64,000 nucleotides of DNA from an uncultured Actinomycetes bacterium (GCA_963722275.1 CAVRMX010000040.1:50-64049), one strand, 5' to 3'; positions 19,309-29,524 are shown, counted from the first letter of the stretch. Notes: generated by a model not told the origin, from the letters alone. Numbers and translations are program-made.

Positions 19309-19414
19309 GGGGGGGCGACCCCCCGGGATCCCCCCGCTGTTCCTGCCGGGGGGACCCATCCCCCCGGACCCCCTTGGGAGGGGCTGCCCGCCCCCCCGTT
19401 CCCCCCCGGCCCCC
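19309..19414. repeat. G6/C6-hairpin dispersed repeat, copy B (intergenic, between the GntR gene and the pduC-like gene)
   Basis: Core ccggggggacccatccccccggacccccttggga at 19346-19379. It is flanked by further GGGGGGG-N-CCCCCC modules and fills most of the 141-bp spacer. Confidence 0.85.
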
Positions 19415-19417
19415 TAG

Positions 19418-20206
19418 TCATACCGCCGCCTGGGGGTGCAGCTCGACGACCCGGGCCCGGCCGGGGACGGCGCGGGACGTGCCGCCCTCGGTGCGGACGA
19501 CGATCCGGGTCCGGTCGGCCCGGAACAGGTCGCGGGAGAACTCGATCGGCTCGCCGTCGGGGTCGCTGGTCGTCCTGGTGATGGCCATCAGCGGCGCTCC
19601 TGGGTCCACGTCGAGGATGGCCGCCTCGTCCGCCGAGGCGAGGACCACCTCGATCCGCTCCACCGCGCCGGTGGGCTCGGCGCCGAAGTGCTCCTCGAGC
19701 AGCTCGTAGACCGAACCCCCGAGCGGCAGCTCAAGCAGGCCGGGGAAGCGCCGGGCCGGGAACCTGGCGTGCTCCAGGGAGAACGGGCTGCCGTCCGCGA
19801 GCCTGATCCGCACCAGGTCGATGACCAGGTCGCCGGGCCGGGCATGCAGCGCCTGCGCGGTAATGTCGTCCGCCTCGGCCAGCCGGGCGCTGAGCACCCG
19901 GGTCCCGGCCACCACGCCCTGGCTGCGCAGCAGCGCGGGCACGCCGACGATCCGGGACAGGTCCCGCTCGATCTTGCCCTTGGCCACGAAGGTGCCGCCG
20001 CCGCGGCCAGGCACCCGGCGGACCACGCCGCCGTCGGCGAGAACCGCGAGCGCCTGGCGCAGCGTCGCCCGGCTGACCCCGAACTCCGCCGCGAGCGCCC
20101 GCTCGGCGCCCAGCCGCTGCCCGGGGCGCAGCCGGCCGCTGCCGATCTGCTCGGCCAGGGCGCGCCTGACCTCCTCCGGCGTCCGTGCTGGCGGACTCTC
20201 GGTCAC
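19418..20206 (-). CDS. GntR-family (HutC/UTRA subfamily) transcriptional regulator
   Basis: GTG 20206 overlaps the SDR stop (GTGA). Winged-helix region [43 protein letters not shown], then a UTRA-like effector domain. The upstream part of track ORF 19418..20614 is in-frame read-through over the SDR gene. Confidence 0.85.
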   Translation of the reverse strand: MTESPPARTPEEVRRALAEQIGSGRLRPGQRLGAERALAAEFGVSRATLRQALAVLADGGVVRRVPGRGGGTFVAKGKIERDLSRIVGVPALLRSQGVVAGTRVLSARLAEADDITAQALHARPGDLVIDLVRIRLADGSPFSLEHARFPARRFPGLLELPLGGSVYELLEEHFGAEPTGAVERIEVVLASADEAAILDVDPGAPLMAITRTTSDPDGEPIEFSRDLFRADRTRIVVRTEGGTSRAVPGRARVVELHPQAAV

Positions 20207-21006
20207 GCGGAACCCGCCGCCATCGCTTCGGGTGACTCGGGCAGCACCTGGCCGCCGTCCACCACGATCGTCTGGCCGGTGATGTAGGCGGCCTCGTCGG
20301 TGGCCAGGAACAGGGCGGCGTAGCCGATCTCGTCGACGGTGCCAAGCCGGCGCATCGGGATCGCGGCGGTCATCCCGCTCGCGTAGTTCGAGCCGAGGTC
20401 GGCCAGGCCTTCGGTGGCGATGTTGCCCGGCAGGACCGCGTTGACGGTGATGGCCTTGGGCGCCAGCTCGATCGCGGCGGTCCGCATGAAGCCGAGCTGG
20501 CCGGCCTTGCTCGCGCCGTAGTGCGTCCAGCCGGGGAAGCCGGTGATCGGCCCGGTGATGGACGAGGTGAGGATGACCCGGCCGCGGCCCGAGGCCGCCA
20601 GGGCAGGCAGGCACGCCTGGACGCTGAGCACCGTGCCCTTCAGGTTGGTGCCGAACACCTGGTCAAGATCGGATTCGGTCAGGTCCTCGAGGCGGGCCTC
20701 GGGGAAGATCCCGGCGTTGGCGCAGAGCACGTCGATGCCGCCGAGGCGCTCCCGGGCGATCGCGGCCATCCGGCGGCAGTCCTCCCGGCTGGCCACGTCG
20801 GCCAGCACGAACGAGACCTCACCGGGCGGGCCGGCCGCGGCGGCCAGGGCGTGCAGCTCCTCGGCGGCGGCCCGGGCGGTGTCCGAGTCCCGCCCGGTGA
20901 TCAGCACCTTCGCGCCGCTGCGGGCGAACACGCTGGCGATCCCCTTGCCGATCCCGCGGGTGCCGCCGGTCACCACCACGGCACGGCCCGCGATCGATGT
21001 GAACAT
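20203..21006 (-). CDS. short-chain dehydrogenase/reductase (candidate 1-amino-2-propanol/aminoacetone dehydrogenase)
   Basis: 267 aa. [12 protein letters not shown] cofactor motif and a Y-x3-K catalytic motif (YGASKAG). The specific role is inferred from the RMM-type locus context. Confidence 0.8.
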   Translation of the reverse strand: MFTSIAGRAVVVTGGTRGIGKGIASVFARSGAKVLITGRDSDTARAAAEELHALAAAAGPPGEVSFVLADVASREDCRRMAAIARERLGGIDVLCANAGIFPEARLEDLTESDLDQVFGTNLKGTVLSVQACLPALAASGRGRVILTSSITGPITGFPGWTHYGASKAGQLGFMRTAAIELAPKAITVNAVLPGNIATEGLADLGSNYASGMTAAIPMRRLGTVDEIGYAALFLATDEAAYITGQTIVVDGGQVLPESPEAMAAGSA

Positions 21007-21018
21007 GGCAGGTCCCTC

Positions 21019-22026
21019 TCAGTGAGTGCTTAGGTACGACTCCGCAAGGTCACAGCTGCCCTGCGTGTATCCGGCGCCGAGTTCGGCGGCGATGTCCACG
21101 GCCCGGTGCGAGCCGATCCACGCGACCAGCAGCAGCCGCCGGAACATGATGAACGTCCAGATCTCCGCCTGGTCCTCGGCGGACAGCCGGCCGGCCTTCC
21201 GGTAGCCCTCGAGCCAGCTGTCCACCAGGGCGGGGACGCCGGGCTCGTGCTCGAAGAAGCTGACCGATGTGCCCAGGTCGTACAGGTACCAGCTGAATCC
21301 GGAGTCGTCGAAGTCGATGACGCTGACCGACCCGTCGTGCACCAGCAGGTTGGCCAGCCGGGTGTCCGCGTGCACCAGGCCGTACCGGGCCGGGCCTGAG
21401 CCGAACGCCCGCAGCCGGGCGCGGAGCACGTCGTCCAGCCGGGACAGGACCCGGTGCTCGGACGGCCCGACGCCGATGCCGTCCTGCCAGCGGCCCCAGC
21501 GGGCCTGGCGGCCGAACGCCGACGCGTAGTCCCAGTGGAACCGGGTGAACCAGGGCGGCCGGGACCATTCCCTGGCGTGCCGGTGCATCCGCGCGGTGAT
21601 CTCGCCCAGCTCGGCGAAATGGGTAGCCGCCAGCGCCGGTTCCCCGCCCGGTTCGGTGCCCGGCAGGAACTCGAACCGCACGCAGTACCGCTCCGCCGTG
21701 CTGCCCCGCTCCCGGACGGTGACCACCCGCCGCCCGTCGGCGGCCGGCACCACCCGCGGCGTGCGCACGCCGGCCTCCGCGCGCAGCGCGTCCATCCAGG
21801 CCAGCTCCGACGCGATCTCCTGCTCGGTGTGGTAGCCCAGCCGGTGCACGCGGAGCACCGTGGGCCCGGTCTCGGCGCCGGACACCAGGAAGGTCGCGTT
21901 CTCCGAGACGTTGAGCAGCTCGACGGACGCCCCGGGGTGACCGCCGTAGGCGGCCAGCGCGTCCTGCGCGCAGCCGCGGACCCGGTCCATGACGTCGCCG
22001 CCGGCCGACAGGTCGTGCTCGCTCAT
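21019..22026 (-). CDS. aminoglycoside-phosphotransferase-fold kinase (candidate 1-amino-2-propanol kinase)
   Basis: 335 aa. APH catalytic loop LVHADTRLANLLV and IDFDDSGFSWYLYDL. The substrate is inferred from the locus type. Confidence 0.8.
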   Translation of the reverse strand: MSEHDLSAGGDVMDRVRGCAQDALAAYGGHPGASVELLNVSENATFLVSGAETGPTVLRVHRLGYHTEQEIASELAWMDALRAEAGVRTPRVVPAADGRRVVTVRERGSTAERYCVRFEFLPGTEPGGEPALAATHFAELGEITARMHRHAREWSRPPWFTRFHWDYASAFGRQARWGRWQDGIGVGPSEHRVLSRLDDVLRARLRAFGSGPARYGLVHADTRLANLLVHDGSVSVIDFDDSGFSWYLYDLGTSVSFFEHEPGVPALVDSWLEGYRKAGRLSAEDQAEIWTFIMFRRLLLVAWIGSHRAVDIAAELGAGYTQGSCDLAESYLSTH

Positions 22027-22028
22027 GG

Positions 22029-22697
22029 CTACCCCGCGTGCTCCCGGCCGGCCACGGCGGTGAGCACCTCGAGGATCTCGCGCTGCGCGCGCCGGACCTC
22101 GGCGGTCGGCCCGCTCAGGTAGATCCGCCCGGCCGCGCCGATCATCGACACGTCGACCAGCGTAACGCCCGGCGCGGCCCGTTCGGCCTCGTTGGCCGCG
22201 ACCGCCGCGAACAGGGCCGGGGTGACCTCGCTGACGCCCAGCGTGTCCCCGGGGATGATCATGGAGCCGGAGCGGTTCCTGTTGATGATGATCGCGTGCG
22301 CGTCGGTCACGTCCTCGATCACGTCGGAGAACAGGATCCGCGGCCTCAGCTGGTCCTTCTCGTCGGCGCCCAGCCCGTCCAGGATCGCCTGCCCGGCCCG
22401 GCGCACGTCGCCGGAGTCCCGCCCGTGCACCTCGAGCACGCCGAACTGCCGCTCGACGAACACGATGCCCGGCTCGACCGCGGGCACCGCGCGCAGCGCC
22501 AGGTCGGTGACCCGCTCGATGGCCAGCGCGGGCGCCACCTCGACGATGAGCGCGTGCTGCCCGGCGAACGGCGGGTAGCCGCGGGCCCGGGTCGGGGTGC
22601 CCAGGTACGCGGCGAACTGCGGCTGCAGGTCGCGCACCAGGAGGTAGACCCGCAGCTCAGCCGCTCGCGGGTCGCCCGGGTCTGCGGCGCTAGTCAC
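22029..22697 (-). CDS. BMC shell protein with two BMC-like domains (tandem/BMC-T-like), paralogue 1
   Basis: 222 aa. The second half shows the BMC pattern ([41 protein letters not shown]). The first half is a divergent copy ([28 protein letters not shown]). Clear paralogue of 23669..24271. Confidence 0.75.
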   Translation of the reverse strand: MTSAADPGDPRAAELRVYLLVRDLQPQFAAYLGTPTRARGYPPFAGQHALIVEVAPALAIERVTDLALRAVPAVEPGIVFVERQFGVLEVHGRDSGDVRRAGQAILDGLGADEKDQLRPRILFSDVIEDVTDAHAIIINRNRSGSMIIPGDTLGVSEVTPALFAAVAANEAERAAPGVTLVDVSMIGAAGRIYLSGPTAEVRRAQREILEVLTAVAGREHAG

Positions 22698-22971
22698 CGC
22701 TGATCTTGAAGTGCCTGGCCAGGTCGGGGTGCGGGCGCGGGATCACGTGGACCGAGACGAGCTCGCCCACGGTCAACGCGGTCTCGGCGCCGGCCTCGGT
22801 GGCCGCCTTCACCGCGCCGACGTCCCCGACGATCGTCACGGACACCAGCCCGTCGCCGACCTCCTCGCGGCCGACGATCGTCACGTTCGCCGCCTTGACC
22901 ATGGCGTCTCCCGCCGCGAGCGCGGCCACGTACCCCTTGGTCTCGATCAGTCCGATCGCGTTATCCGCCAT
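22690..22971 (-). CDS. BMC-H hexameric shell protein (PduA/EutM-like)
   Basis: 93 aa. Canonical BMC domain sequence [63 protein letters not shown]. Confidence 0.95.
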   Translation of the reverse strand: MADNAIGLIETKGYVAALAAGDAMVKAANVTIVGREEVGDGLVSVTIVGDVGAVKAATEAGAETALTVGELVSVHVIPRPHPDLARHFKISGD

Positions 22972-22974
22972 CGT

Positions 22975-23241
22975 TCACTCTCCTTCCTGCTGGGTCCCCG
23001 GGTCCGGGTCGATAGAGCCGATGATCAGGGCGTCGACGGGCGGCGGCTTGCCGGCGAACCAGGCCGCCGCGACCGAGCCCTGGGTGATGAGCACGCGCTC
23101 GCCCACCCCGCTGCCGAGCACGTCGAAGGCGATCAGCCGCTGTCCGGTGCCCTCGGCCTCCACCTCGAGGAAGGCGCCGTTGGGCAATTCGGCCAGCCGG
23201 CGCGTGGCCCAGACGCTCCCGATCACCGTTGCGGTCAGCAT
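22975..23241 (-). CDS. BMC-P pentameric vertex protein (EutN/CcmL family)
   Basis: 88 aa. MLTATVIGSVWATRRL...AFDVLGSGVGERVLITQGSVAA...VDALIIGSID matches the EutN/CcmL pattern. Confidence 0.9.
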   Translation of the reverse strand: MLTATVIGSVWATRRLAELPNGAFLEVEAEGTGQRLIAFDVLGSGVGERVLITQGSVAAAWFAGKPPPVDALIIGSIDPDPGTQQEGE

Positions 23242-23668
23242 CAGCGCTCCTTCTCGATCTGCACGCCGCTCGCCCTGGCCCGGTCCCTGGCCAGCGGGGT
23301 GAGCACGGCACCGCGGCCGAGCACCAGCCGCTGGCCGGCCCGCGCCGCTGCTTTGATCACCGCTTCGGTCACCGCGCCGCGCTCGATGCGGCGCACCAGC
23401 GCGGATTCCCCGGCCCGTTCGGCCCCATGGGCGGCACCGGCCGGGACCGGCGCGGCGGCTGCGGCGGCGGATGGGGCGGCCAGCCTGAACCGTTTCCGGC
23501 CGGACCGGAGCTCCTCACGCTGATCCGGGTCAAGGTCCAGGAGGCGTGTCACGAACGCCGCCAGGCCTTCGTCGGTTGAAAGGTTAACCGTTTCGGTACC
23601 GGTCAGGCCGTTAGGCAGCACGTCCCGGAGGACCTCGCGAACCAGTGCGCGGAGCTCGTCGAGGTCGC

Positions 23669-23672
<4 letters not shown>
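23241..23672 (-). CDS. 143-aa BMC-locus protein: encapsulation-peptide-like N-terminus, Ala/Pro linker, small C-terminal domain of unknown function
   Basis: ATG 23672 overlaps the upstream stop (ATGA). N-terminus MSDLDELRALVREVLRDVL resembles the PduD targeting helix. Ala/Pro linker AAPSAAAAAAPVPAGAA. C-terminal domain ...AVTEAVIKAAARAGQRLVLGRGAVLTPLARDRARASGVQIE. Confidence 0.6.
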
Positions 23673-24271
<599 letters not shown>

Positions 24272-24273
24272 GG

Positions 24274-25881
24274 TCAGCCTCCGGCCAGCTGGGATAGCTC
24301 TTCGAGGATGAGCCTGCGGATCTCCTCGCGCAGCGCCGAGGTATCGGGCCCAGAACCATTAGGTTCCGAACGGCCCGGGCCGCCTGCCCGTTCTCCGCCG
24401 CCTGCGGGCGGCGGGCGGTCGCCCCGCTGGTTGGACGCCACCGGGTACGGGGGTACCGGGCCGGCCGGCGCCTGCCAGGGCACCAGCCCGGCGAAGTCGC
24501 CGAACGGCTCGGCCGGGTCGCGGTTGTAGGCCAGCCGCGTCCACTGCACCAGGTGGCTGGGGTGCAGGTTCTCCGCCACCGAGGACCGGCCGAAGAACCC
24601 GGTGCCGATCGTCATCGTGGGGGCCAGGTTGGTCTGGTAGCCCGCGCTGCCCAGGCTGCTGCCCACGTTGACGGCGACCCGCAGGACCTCGACCGCGGCC
24701 CCGTACTCCATGATCACCTGCGGGTCGGTGCTGTGGATGGCCGCCGAGTGGCCGCGGCCGGACAGCCGCAGCACGGCCCGCGCGGCGCCGATCCCGCGCC
24801 GGGCGGACGGCACCCGGACCAGGCCGAGCACCGGGCAGAGCTTCTCGTGGGCCAGCGGTTCCTCCGGCATCACCAGGTCGAACGGCGCGAGCAGGACACG
24901 GGTGCGGTTCGGTACCCGCAGGCCCGCCTCGGCCGCGATCCAGCTCGCGTCCTTGCCGACGAAGCGGATGTCGAACCGCCCGCCTGGGAACAGCATCGCG
25001 GATACGCGGTCCCGCTCGCCCGCCTCGAGCAGGTAGGCGCCGGCCTGCTTCAGCTGCCGCAGCAGCGGGGTCGCCGCCTGCTCGGCGACGATCAGCACCG
25101 ACTCGCTGGTGCACAGGACCGAGTTGTCGAAGCTCTTGCTGTCCACGATCCGCCTGGCCGCCTTGGCCAGGTCGGCGGTCGCGTCCACCAGCACCGGCAC
25201 GTTGCCCGGCCCGACGCCGAGGGCGGGCGTGCCCGAGCTGTAGGCGGCGCGCACCACGGGAACGCCGCCGGTCGCGACGATGACGCTGGTGCGCTCGTCG
25301 GTCATCAGCGCGTCGATCAGCGGCACCGACGGCTCGTCCACCACCTGGATGACGCCGTCGGGGGCACCCGCCGCGACGGCCGCGGCGCCGAGGGTGCGCG
25401 CGGCGTCGGCGCAGACCTCCTTGGCCAGCGGGTGCGGGCTGAGCACGACCACGCTGCGGGTCATCAGCGCGAGCAGGCACTTGAAGAACACCGTGGCGAC
25501 CGGGTTGGTCGACGGGGTAAGCGCCAGCACCACGCCCGCCGGGCGCGGCACCTCGACGATCTTGGCTTCGGCGTCGATCCGCGGCGTCACGTAGTCGTGG
25601 CCCGCGTAATAGTCCACGATCCCGGTGCTGCAGGCGATGTTCTTGAGCACCTTGTGCTCGGCCACGCCGAACCCGGTCTCGCGCACCGCCCAGTCCGCGT
25701 ACTCGCGGGCCTTGGCCGCGCCGGCCGCGGCGGCGGCGCGCACGATCGCGTCCACTCCAGCCTTGTCGTACCGGGCGAAGGCGCGCGCGGCCCACTCCGC
25801 CCGCTGCAGCATGGCCCGCGCCCGCGGCACCCCCGCCGGGTCGGTGAGCAGCTCGGCCACGCTGATCCGCGCCTCGGTCAC
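24274..25881 (-). CDS. CoA-acylating aldehyde dehydrogenase (PduP/EutE class) with a C-terminal encapsulation peptide
   Basis: GTG 25881 overlaps the upstream stop (GTGA). Catalytic-Cys motif SFDNSVLCTSES. C-terminal Pro/Gly linker, then the amphipathic helix SALREEIRRLILEELSQL. Confidence 0.9.
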   Translation of the reverse strand: MTEARISVAELLTDPAGVPRARAMLQRAEWAARAFARYDKAGVDAIVRAAAAAGAAKAREYADWAVRETGFGVAEHKVLKNIACSTGIVDYYAGHDYVTPRIDAEAKIVEVPRPAGVVLALTPSTNPVATVFFKCLLALMTRSVVVLSPHPLAKEVCADAARTLGAAAVAAGAPDGVIQVVDEPSVPLIDALMTDERTSVIVATGGVPVVRAAYSSGTPALGVGPGNVPVLVDATADLAKAARRIVDSKSFDNSVLCTSESVLIVAEQAATPLLRQLKQAGAYLLEAGERDRVSAMLFPGGRFDIRFVGKDASWIAAEAGLRVPNRTRVLLAPFDLVMPEEPLAHEKLCPVLGLVRVPSARRGIGAARAVLRLSGRGHSAAIHSTDPQVIMEYGAAVEVLRVAVNVGSSLGSAGYQTNLAPTMTIGTGFFGRSSVAENLHPSHLVQWTRLAYNRDPAEPFGDFAGLVPWQAPAGPVPPYPVASNQRGDRPPPAGGGERAGGPGRSEPNGSGPDTSALREEIRRLILEELSQLAGG

Positions 25882-27302
25882 CGCCGTCCCCCCTTGGCCG
25901 CGTCGTCCCTGGCCGTGGCGATGGCCACCTCGGTCCGCTCGAGCAGTTCCTCGCAGAGCGCCGGGGTGAGCAGGATGCCCGGCTTGTACTGCAGCACGCG
26001 GGAGTCGAGGGTGGAGAAGATCGCCCACACCCCGTTCTCGTAGAGCCGCTTCATGACGAACTTGGCGCCCTGCGGATGGCCGAACTCCAGGCCCATGACC
26101 AGCCCGTCCTGCCGGATGCCGGTGAACCAGTCCGGGTACTGGGCCTGGATCTGCGCCAGCCCGCCGGTGAACATCCCCGCGATGTAGTGCACCATCGACC
26201 TGACCTCGGGCCGGCAGGTGATCTCCAGCGTCTTGAGCGCCGTTACGCAGCCGAGCTCGGCACCGCCGAACGTGGACATGTGCGCGAAGCCGTCCTCGGT
26301 CAGCCAGCCCGCGGCGGCCTCCGTGGCCAGCACCACGCTGACCGGGTACATGCCGCCGGAGATGCCCTTTCCTGAGACCAGGATGTCCGGGTTGACGCCA
26401 TGCTTGCTGATGGCCCACAGCTCGCCGGTGCGCATCAGCCCGGTCTGCACCTCGTCGGCGATGTAGAGCGCGCCGTAGCGCTCACACAGCCGCTTGACCC
26501 CGGCCAGGTAGCCGGGCGCGGGCAGCGGGAAGCCGTAGGTGGCCGGGATCGTCTCCATGATCACCGCGGCCACGTCCCGGCCGCGCAGCGCCGCCTCCAT
26601 CGCGTCCAGGTCGTTGAACGGCACGTGGGTGAACTCGTCAGGACGGTCGGACAGGAACAGGGTCGCGAACCGCTCGTCGCCGGTGGCCACGGCCAGCCCG
26701 GTGTGCCCGTGGTAGGCCTTGGCCACCGAGACGATGCCGCGCTTCTTCGTAGCGTGACGCGCGCTCTTCAGCGCGATGTCGATCGCTTCCCCGCCACCGC
26801 TGCCGTACATCACCTTTGTTAGCCGCGTTGCCTCGGGGGGAACGATCCCCCCAGACCCCCCTGCTCCTTTTCCGGGGGGACCCATCCCCCCGGACCCCCC
26901 TTGGGAGAGACCCATCCTCCCAGACCCCCCCTGGGAGGCCCCTTGCGGGGCCCCCGATGCCGGTGCGGCCGCCGCCGCCGTGGCGTTGACCAGGGCTTCG
27001 GCGAGGGCGGTGCGGGCCAGGCTCGGGAAGTGATGGTTGCCGATGTCGAAGCGCTGCATGGCCGCGGTCACGGCGGCGGCCACCTCGGGGTTGCGGTGGC
27101 CGAGGTTGTAGGTGCCGCCGTTGAGGTGGACGTCGATGAGGCGCTTGCCCTCGACGTCGTAGATGAAGTAGCCCTCGCGGCGGTCGATGACCAGCGGGAC
27201 CCCGGAGTCGATCCAGAACTGCGTCTTGTCCGGGTTCCAGAACTGCTTGGACTTCGCCAGCATGTCCTGCTTCGAGGCGAATGAGATCAGTTCCTCGGTC
27301 AC
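25878..27302 (-). CDS. class-III aminotransferase-fold PLP enzyme (candidate 1-amino-2-propanol O-phosphate phospho-lyase) carrying an insertion of about 45 aa
   Basis: Aminotran_3 motifs (HLNGGTYNLGHRNPEV, ADEVQTGLMRTGELWA, SGKGISGGMYP). Start chosen at GTG 27302 (GGAGG 6 nt upstream). GTG 27317 and the track start 27437 are alternatives. The insert comes from repeat copy C. Confidence 0.85.
   Translation of the reverse strand: MTEELISFASKQDMLAKSKQFWNPDKTQFWIDSGVPLVIDRREGYFIYDVEGKRLIDVHLNGGTYNLGHRNPEVAAAVTAAMQRFDIGNHHFPSLARTALAEALVNATAAAAAPASGAPQGASQGGSGRMGLSQGGSGGMGPPGKGAGGSGGIVPPEATRLTKVMYGSGGGEAIDIALKSARHATKKRGIVSVAKAYHGHTGLAVATGDERFATLFLSDRPDEFTHVPFNDLDAMEAALRGRDVAAVIMETIPATYGFPLPAPGYLAGVKRLCERYGALYIADEVQTGLMRTGELWAISKHGVNPDILVSGKGISGGMYPVSVVLATEAAAGWLTEDGFAHMSTFGGAELGCVTALKTLEITCRPEVRSMVHYIAGMFTGGLAQIQAQYPDWFTGIRQDGLVMGLEFGHPQGAKFVMKRLYENGVWAIFSTLDSRVLQYKPGILLTPALCEELLERTEVAIATARDDAAKGGRR
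26835..26955. repeat. G6/C6-hairpin dispersed repeat, copy C (inside the aminotransferase-fold gene, in frame)
   Basis: Core ccggggggacccatccccccggaccccccttggga at 26872-26906, plus related modules (ggggggaacgatcccccc, gagacccatcctcccagacccccc). On the minus strand it translates as APQGASQGGSGRMGLSQGGSGGMGPPGKGAGGSGGIVPP. Confidence 0.85.
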
Positions 27303-27485
27303 CGCGACCTCCGTCACCGTTCGCGGGCGCCGCAACCATATGGCTCGTTCGGCTAAACCAAAGAAGTACCGCCCTGACCGTTTGATGTCAAGAGGTTCTG
27401 TTTCACTCTGATTAACTGAACCAGAACTCTTGATCATGGTTCCCGCAGGCTGTTACGCTCCCCGCAAATGCGCCGGAGGTGTACC
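27303..27485. promoter_or_regulatory. divergent promoter/operator region between the BMC operon and the permease gene
   Basis: GC content is clearly lower than the flanks. Palindrome CCATATGG at 27336-27343. Inverted repeat GAACCA(27418-23)-N13-TGGTTC(27437-42). GGTTCTG (27394-400) pairs with CAGAAC (27422-27). Protein binding is not demonstrated. Confidence 0.4.
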
Positions 27486-29033
27486 ATGGCACATCCCCAG
27501 GTCCCCGAAGTCCCCCGCCTGCCCGTGCGGCCGCCTGCCGAGGACTTTGACGTCTCGCAGCGCTCGGACGTAGCCAAGCTCCGCAAGGGCGCGATCGGGC
27601 TCGGCGGCGTCCTGTTCCTGACCGTGACCGGGTCGGCCCCGATCTCGGCCATGCTGTTCAATGTCCCGATCATGGTGGGCTTCGGACAGGGCGTCGGCGC
27701 CCCGGCCGCCTTCGAGTTCGCGGCGGTCGTGCTCGTCGTGTTCGCGGTCGGCTACGTCGCAATGGCCAGGAAGAAGACCACGGCGGGCGGCTTCTACTCC
27801 TACATCAGTCACGGGCTCGGCCGGGAACTGGGCATCGGCACGGGCTACGCCTCGGTGGTCGCGTACTCCGTGTTCGAAGCGTCCCTGGCCGGCGGTTTCG
27901 CCTACTTCCTCAGCCTGAAGCTGAACCAGTTCGGGGTGACCATCGCCTGGCCCTGGCTGGCCCTGGCCATGGTGGTGATTATCAGCATCCTGACCTACTT
28001 CGACGTCCGGATCTCCAGCATGGTGCTCGCGATCGGGCTGATCAGCGAGATCGTCATCCTGCTCATCTTCGACGTCTTCCTGTTCGCCCGCGGGCACGTG
28101 ACCGCGGCCCCGCTCAACCCCGTGAACGCCTTCAAGAGCTTCCCGGCGCAGGGTACGCTCGCAGCCGGCGCGATCGGCATCGGCCTGTTCTTCGCCTTCT
28201 GGTCCTGGGTCGGCTTCGAGATGGCACCGAACTACGGCGAGGAATCCCGCGACCCCAAGCGGATCGTCCCCCGCGCCCTGTACATCTCGGTGATCGGGCT
28301 CGGCGTCTTCTACACGGTCACGGCCTGGGCCTCGCTCGCCGGGTACCCGACCACAAGGGCCGCCGCCGCCGTGTCGCAACACAACGCGGCCCAGTACTTC
28401 CTCACCCCGGCCGGCCACTATGCCGGGCAATGGGTGGCCTCGGTGATGAGCTACCTGATCATCACCGGCTCGTTCGCCTGCGGCATGGCCTTCCACAACA
28501 CCACCGCGCGGTACATGTACTCACTCGGCCGTGAGGGCCTGGCCCCGCGGGCGCTCGGCAAGACCCACCCCAAGTGGAAGAGCCCGCACATCGCGTCCCT
28601 CACCCAGTCGGTCGTCGCCGCCATCATCATCGGGCTTTTCGCCATCTTCACCGGCAGCAACAACCCCAACACGCAGGCCTACATCCAGCTCTACGGCCTG
28701 ATGGCGGTGATGGGCGTGATCATCATCCTGTCGGTGCAGGCGGTGGTCTCGCTCAGCGTGCTGGTCTACTACGAGCGCTTCCACCGGGACGAGGCGCACT
28801 GGTGGCGGACCAGGCTGGCCCCGCTGCTCTCGTTCATCTCCCAGGCCTTCGTGGTGTACCTGCTGTTCACGAACATCGATTTCCTGGGCGCCGGCAGCTA
28901 CAGCTACGCGAACTGGCTGGGTCCGATCGACGCCGTGGTGGTCCTGGCCGGCGTCGGCACCGCCTTCTATTTCAAGAAATACAAGCCCGCCAAGTACGAG
29001 CAGGCCGGCCGCCTGATCAACGAGGGTCTCTGA
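27486..29033 (+). CDS. APC-family amino acid/amine permease
   Basis: ATG 27486 with GGAGG 7 nt upstream. About 12 hydrophobic segments. APC-type N-terminal motif GAIGLGGVLFLTVTGSAPISAM. Confidence 0.85.
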   Translation: MAHPQVPEVPRLPVRPPAEDFDVSQRSDVAKLRKGAIGLGGVLFLTVTGSAPISAMLFNVPIMVGFGQGVGAPAAFEFAAVVLVVFAVGYVAMARKKTTAGGFYSYISHGLGRELGIGTGYASVVAYSVFEASLAGGFAYFLSLKLNQFGVTIAWPWLALAMVVIISILTYFDVRISSMVLAIGLISEIVILLIFDVFLFARGHVTAAPLNPVNAFKSFPAQGTLAAGAIGIGLFFAFWSWVGFEMAPNYGEESRDPKRIVPRALYISVIGLGVFYTVTAWASLAGYPTTRAAAAVSQHNAAQYFLTPAGHYAGQWVASVMSYLIITGSFACGMAFHNTTARYMYSLGREGLAPRALGKTHPKWKSPHIASLTQSVVAAIIIGLFAIFTGSNNPNTQAYIQLYGLMAVMGVIIILSVQAVVSLSVLVYYERFHRDEAHWWRTRLAPLLSFISQAFVVYLLFTNIDFLGAGSYSYANWLGPIDAVVVLAGVGTAFYFKKYKPAKYEQAGRLINEGL

Positions 29034-29110
29034 CCGTGACCACAGCACTGTGGGCCGTTACCACCCGCCTAGCGGGGGTAACGGCCCACGGTCGTTGCTG
29101 ACGAGCGGCC

Positions 29111-29443
29111 TCAGGCGCCGCGGAGGCGGGCCAGGGCCTCGGCCAGGATGGCCTCGCCGTCGGAGTCGCTGCGGCGCTCCTTCACGTAGGCGAGGTGCGT
29201 CTTGTACGGCTCGACGCGGGGCGGTTTCGGCGGGGCCTGCTCATTCTGGCCCGCGGGATTGCCGCACCGGGGGCACTCCCAGGTGTCAGGGATCGCGGCG
29301 TCGGTCGCGAAGCTCGGACGCGTCTCGTGCTTGTTCGCGCACCAGAACGAGACCCAGACGCGAGGCGCAGCCTCGCCGCGCTCGGCCTCTCCCATCGGAC
29401 CCGCGCCGACCCTGCTGCCGCGGATGGCGTTGCCACTACTCAC
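29111..29443 (-). CDS. rbpA: RNA polymerase-binding protein RbpA
   Basis: 110 aa. Translation ...RVWVSFWCANKHETRPSFATDAAIPDTWECPRCGNPAGQ...PYKTHLAYVKERRSD is the RbpA signature. Confidence 0.9.
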   Translation of the reverse strand: MSSGNAIRGSRVGAGPMGEAERGEAAPRVWVSFWCANKHETRPSFATDAAIPDTWECPRCGNPAGQNEQAPPKPPRVEPYKTHLAYVKERRSDSDGEAILAEALARLRGA

Positions 29444-29524
29444 AGATCACCCCTTTGAAGGCCATAGAGCTATCAAGCCAGAACTTCGATGCGGGATAAC
29501 GACGGTGCGGGATAGAGCTACAGG

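Noticed and set aside
19277-19417. Possible cobalamin riboswitch upstream of the B12-dependent dehydratase genes.
   Set aside because: No B12-box-like sequence or the expected multi-stem architecture is present. The spacer is almost entirely the G6/C6 repeat.
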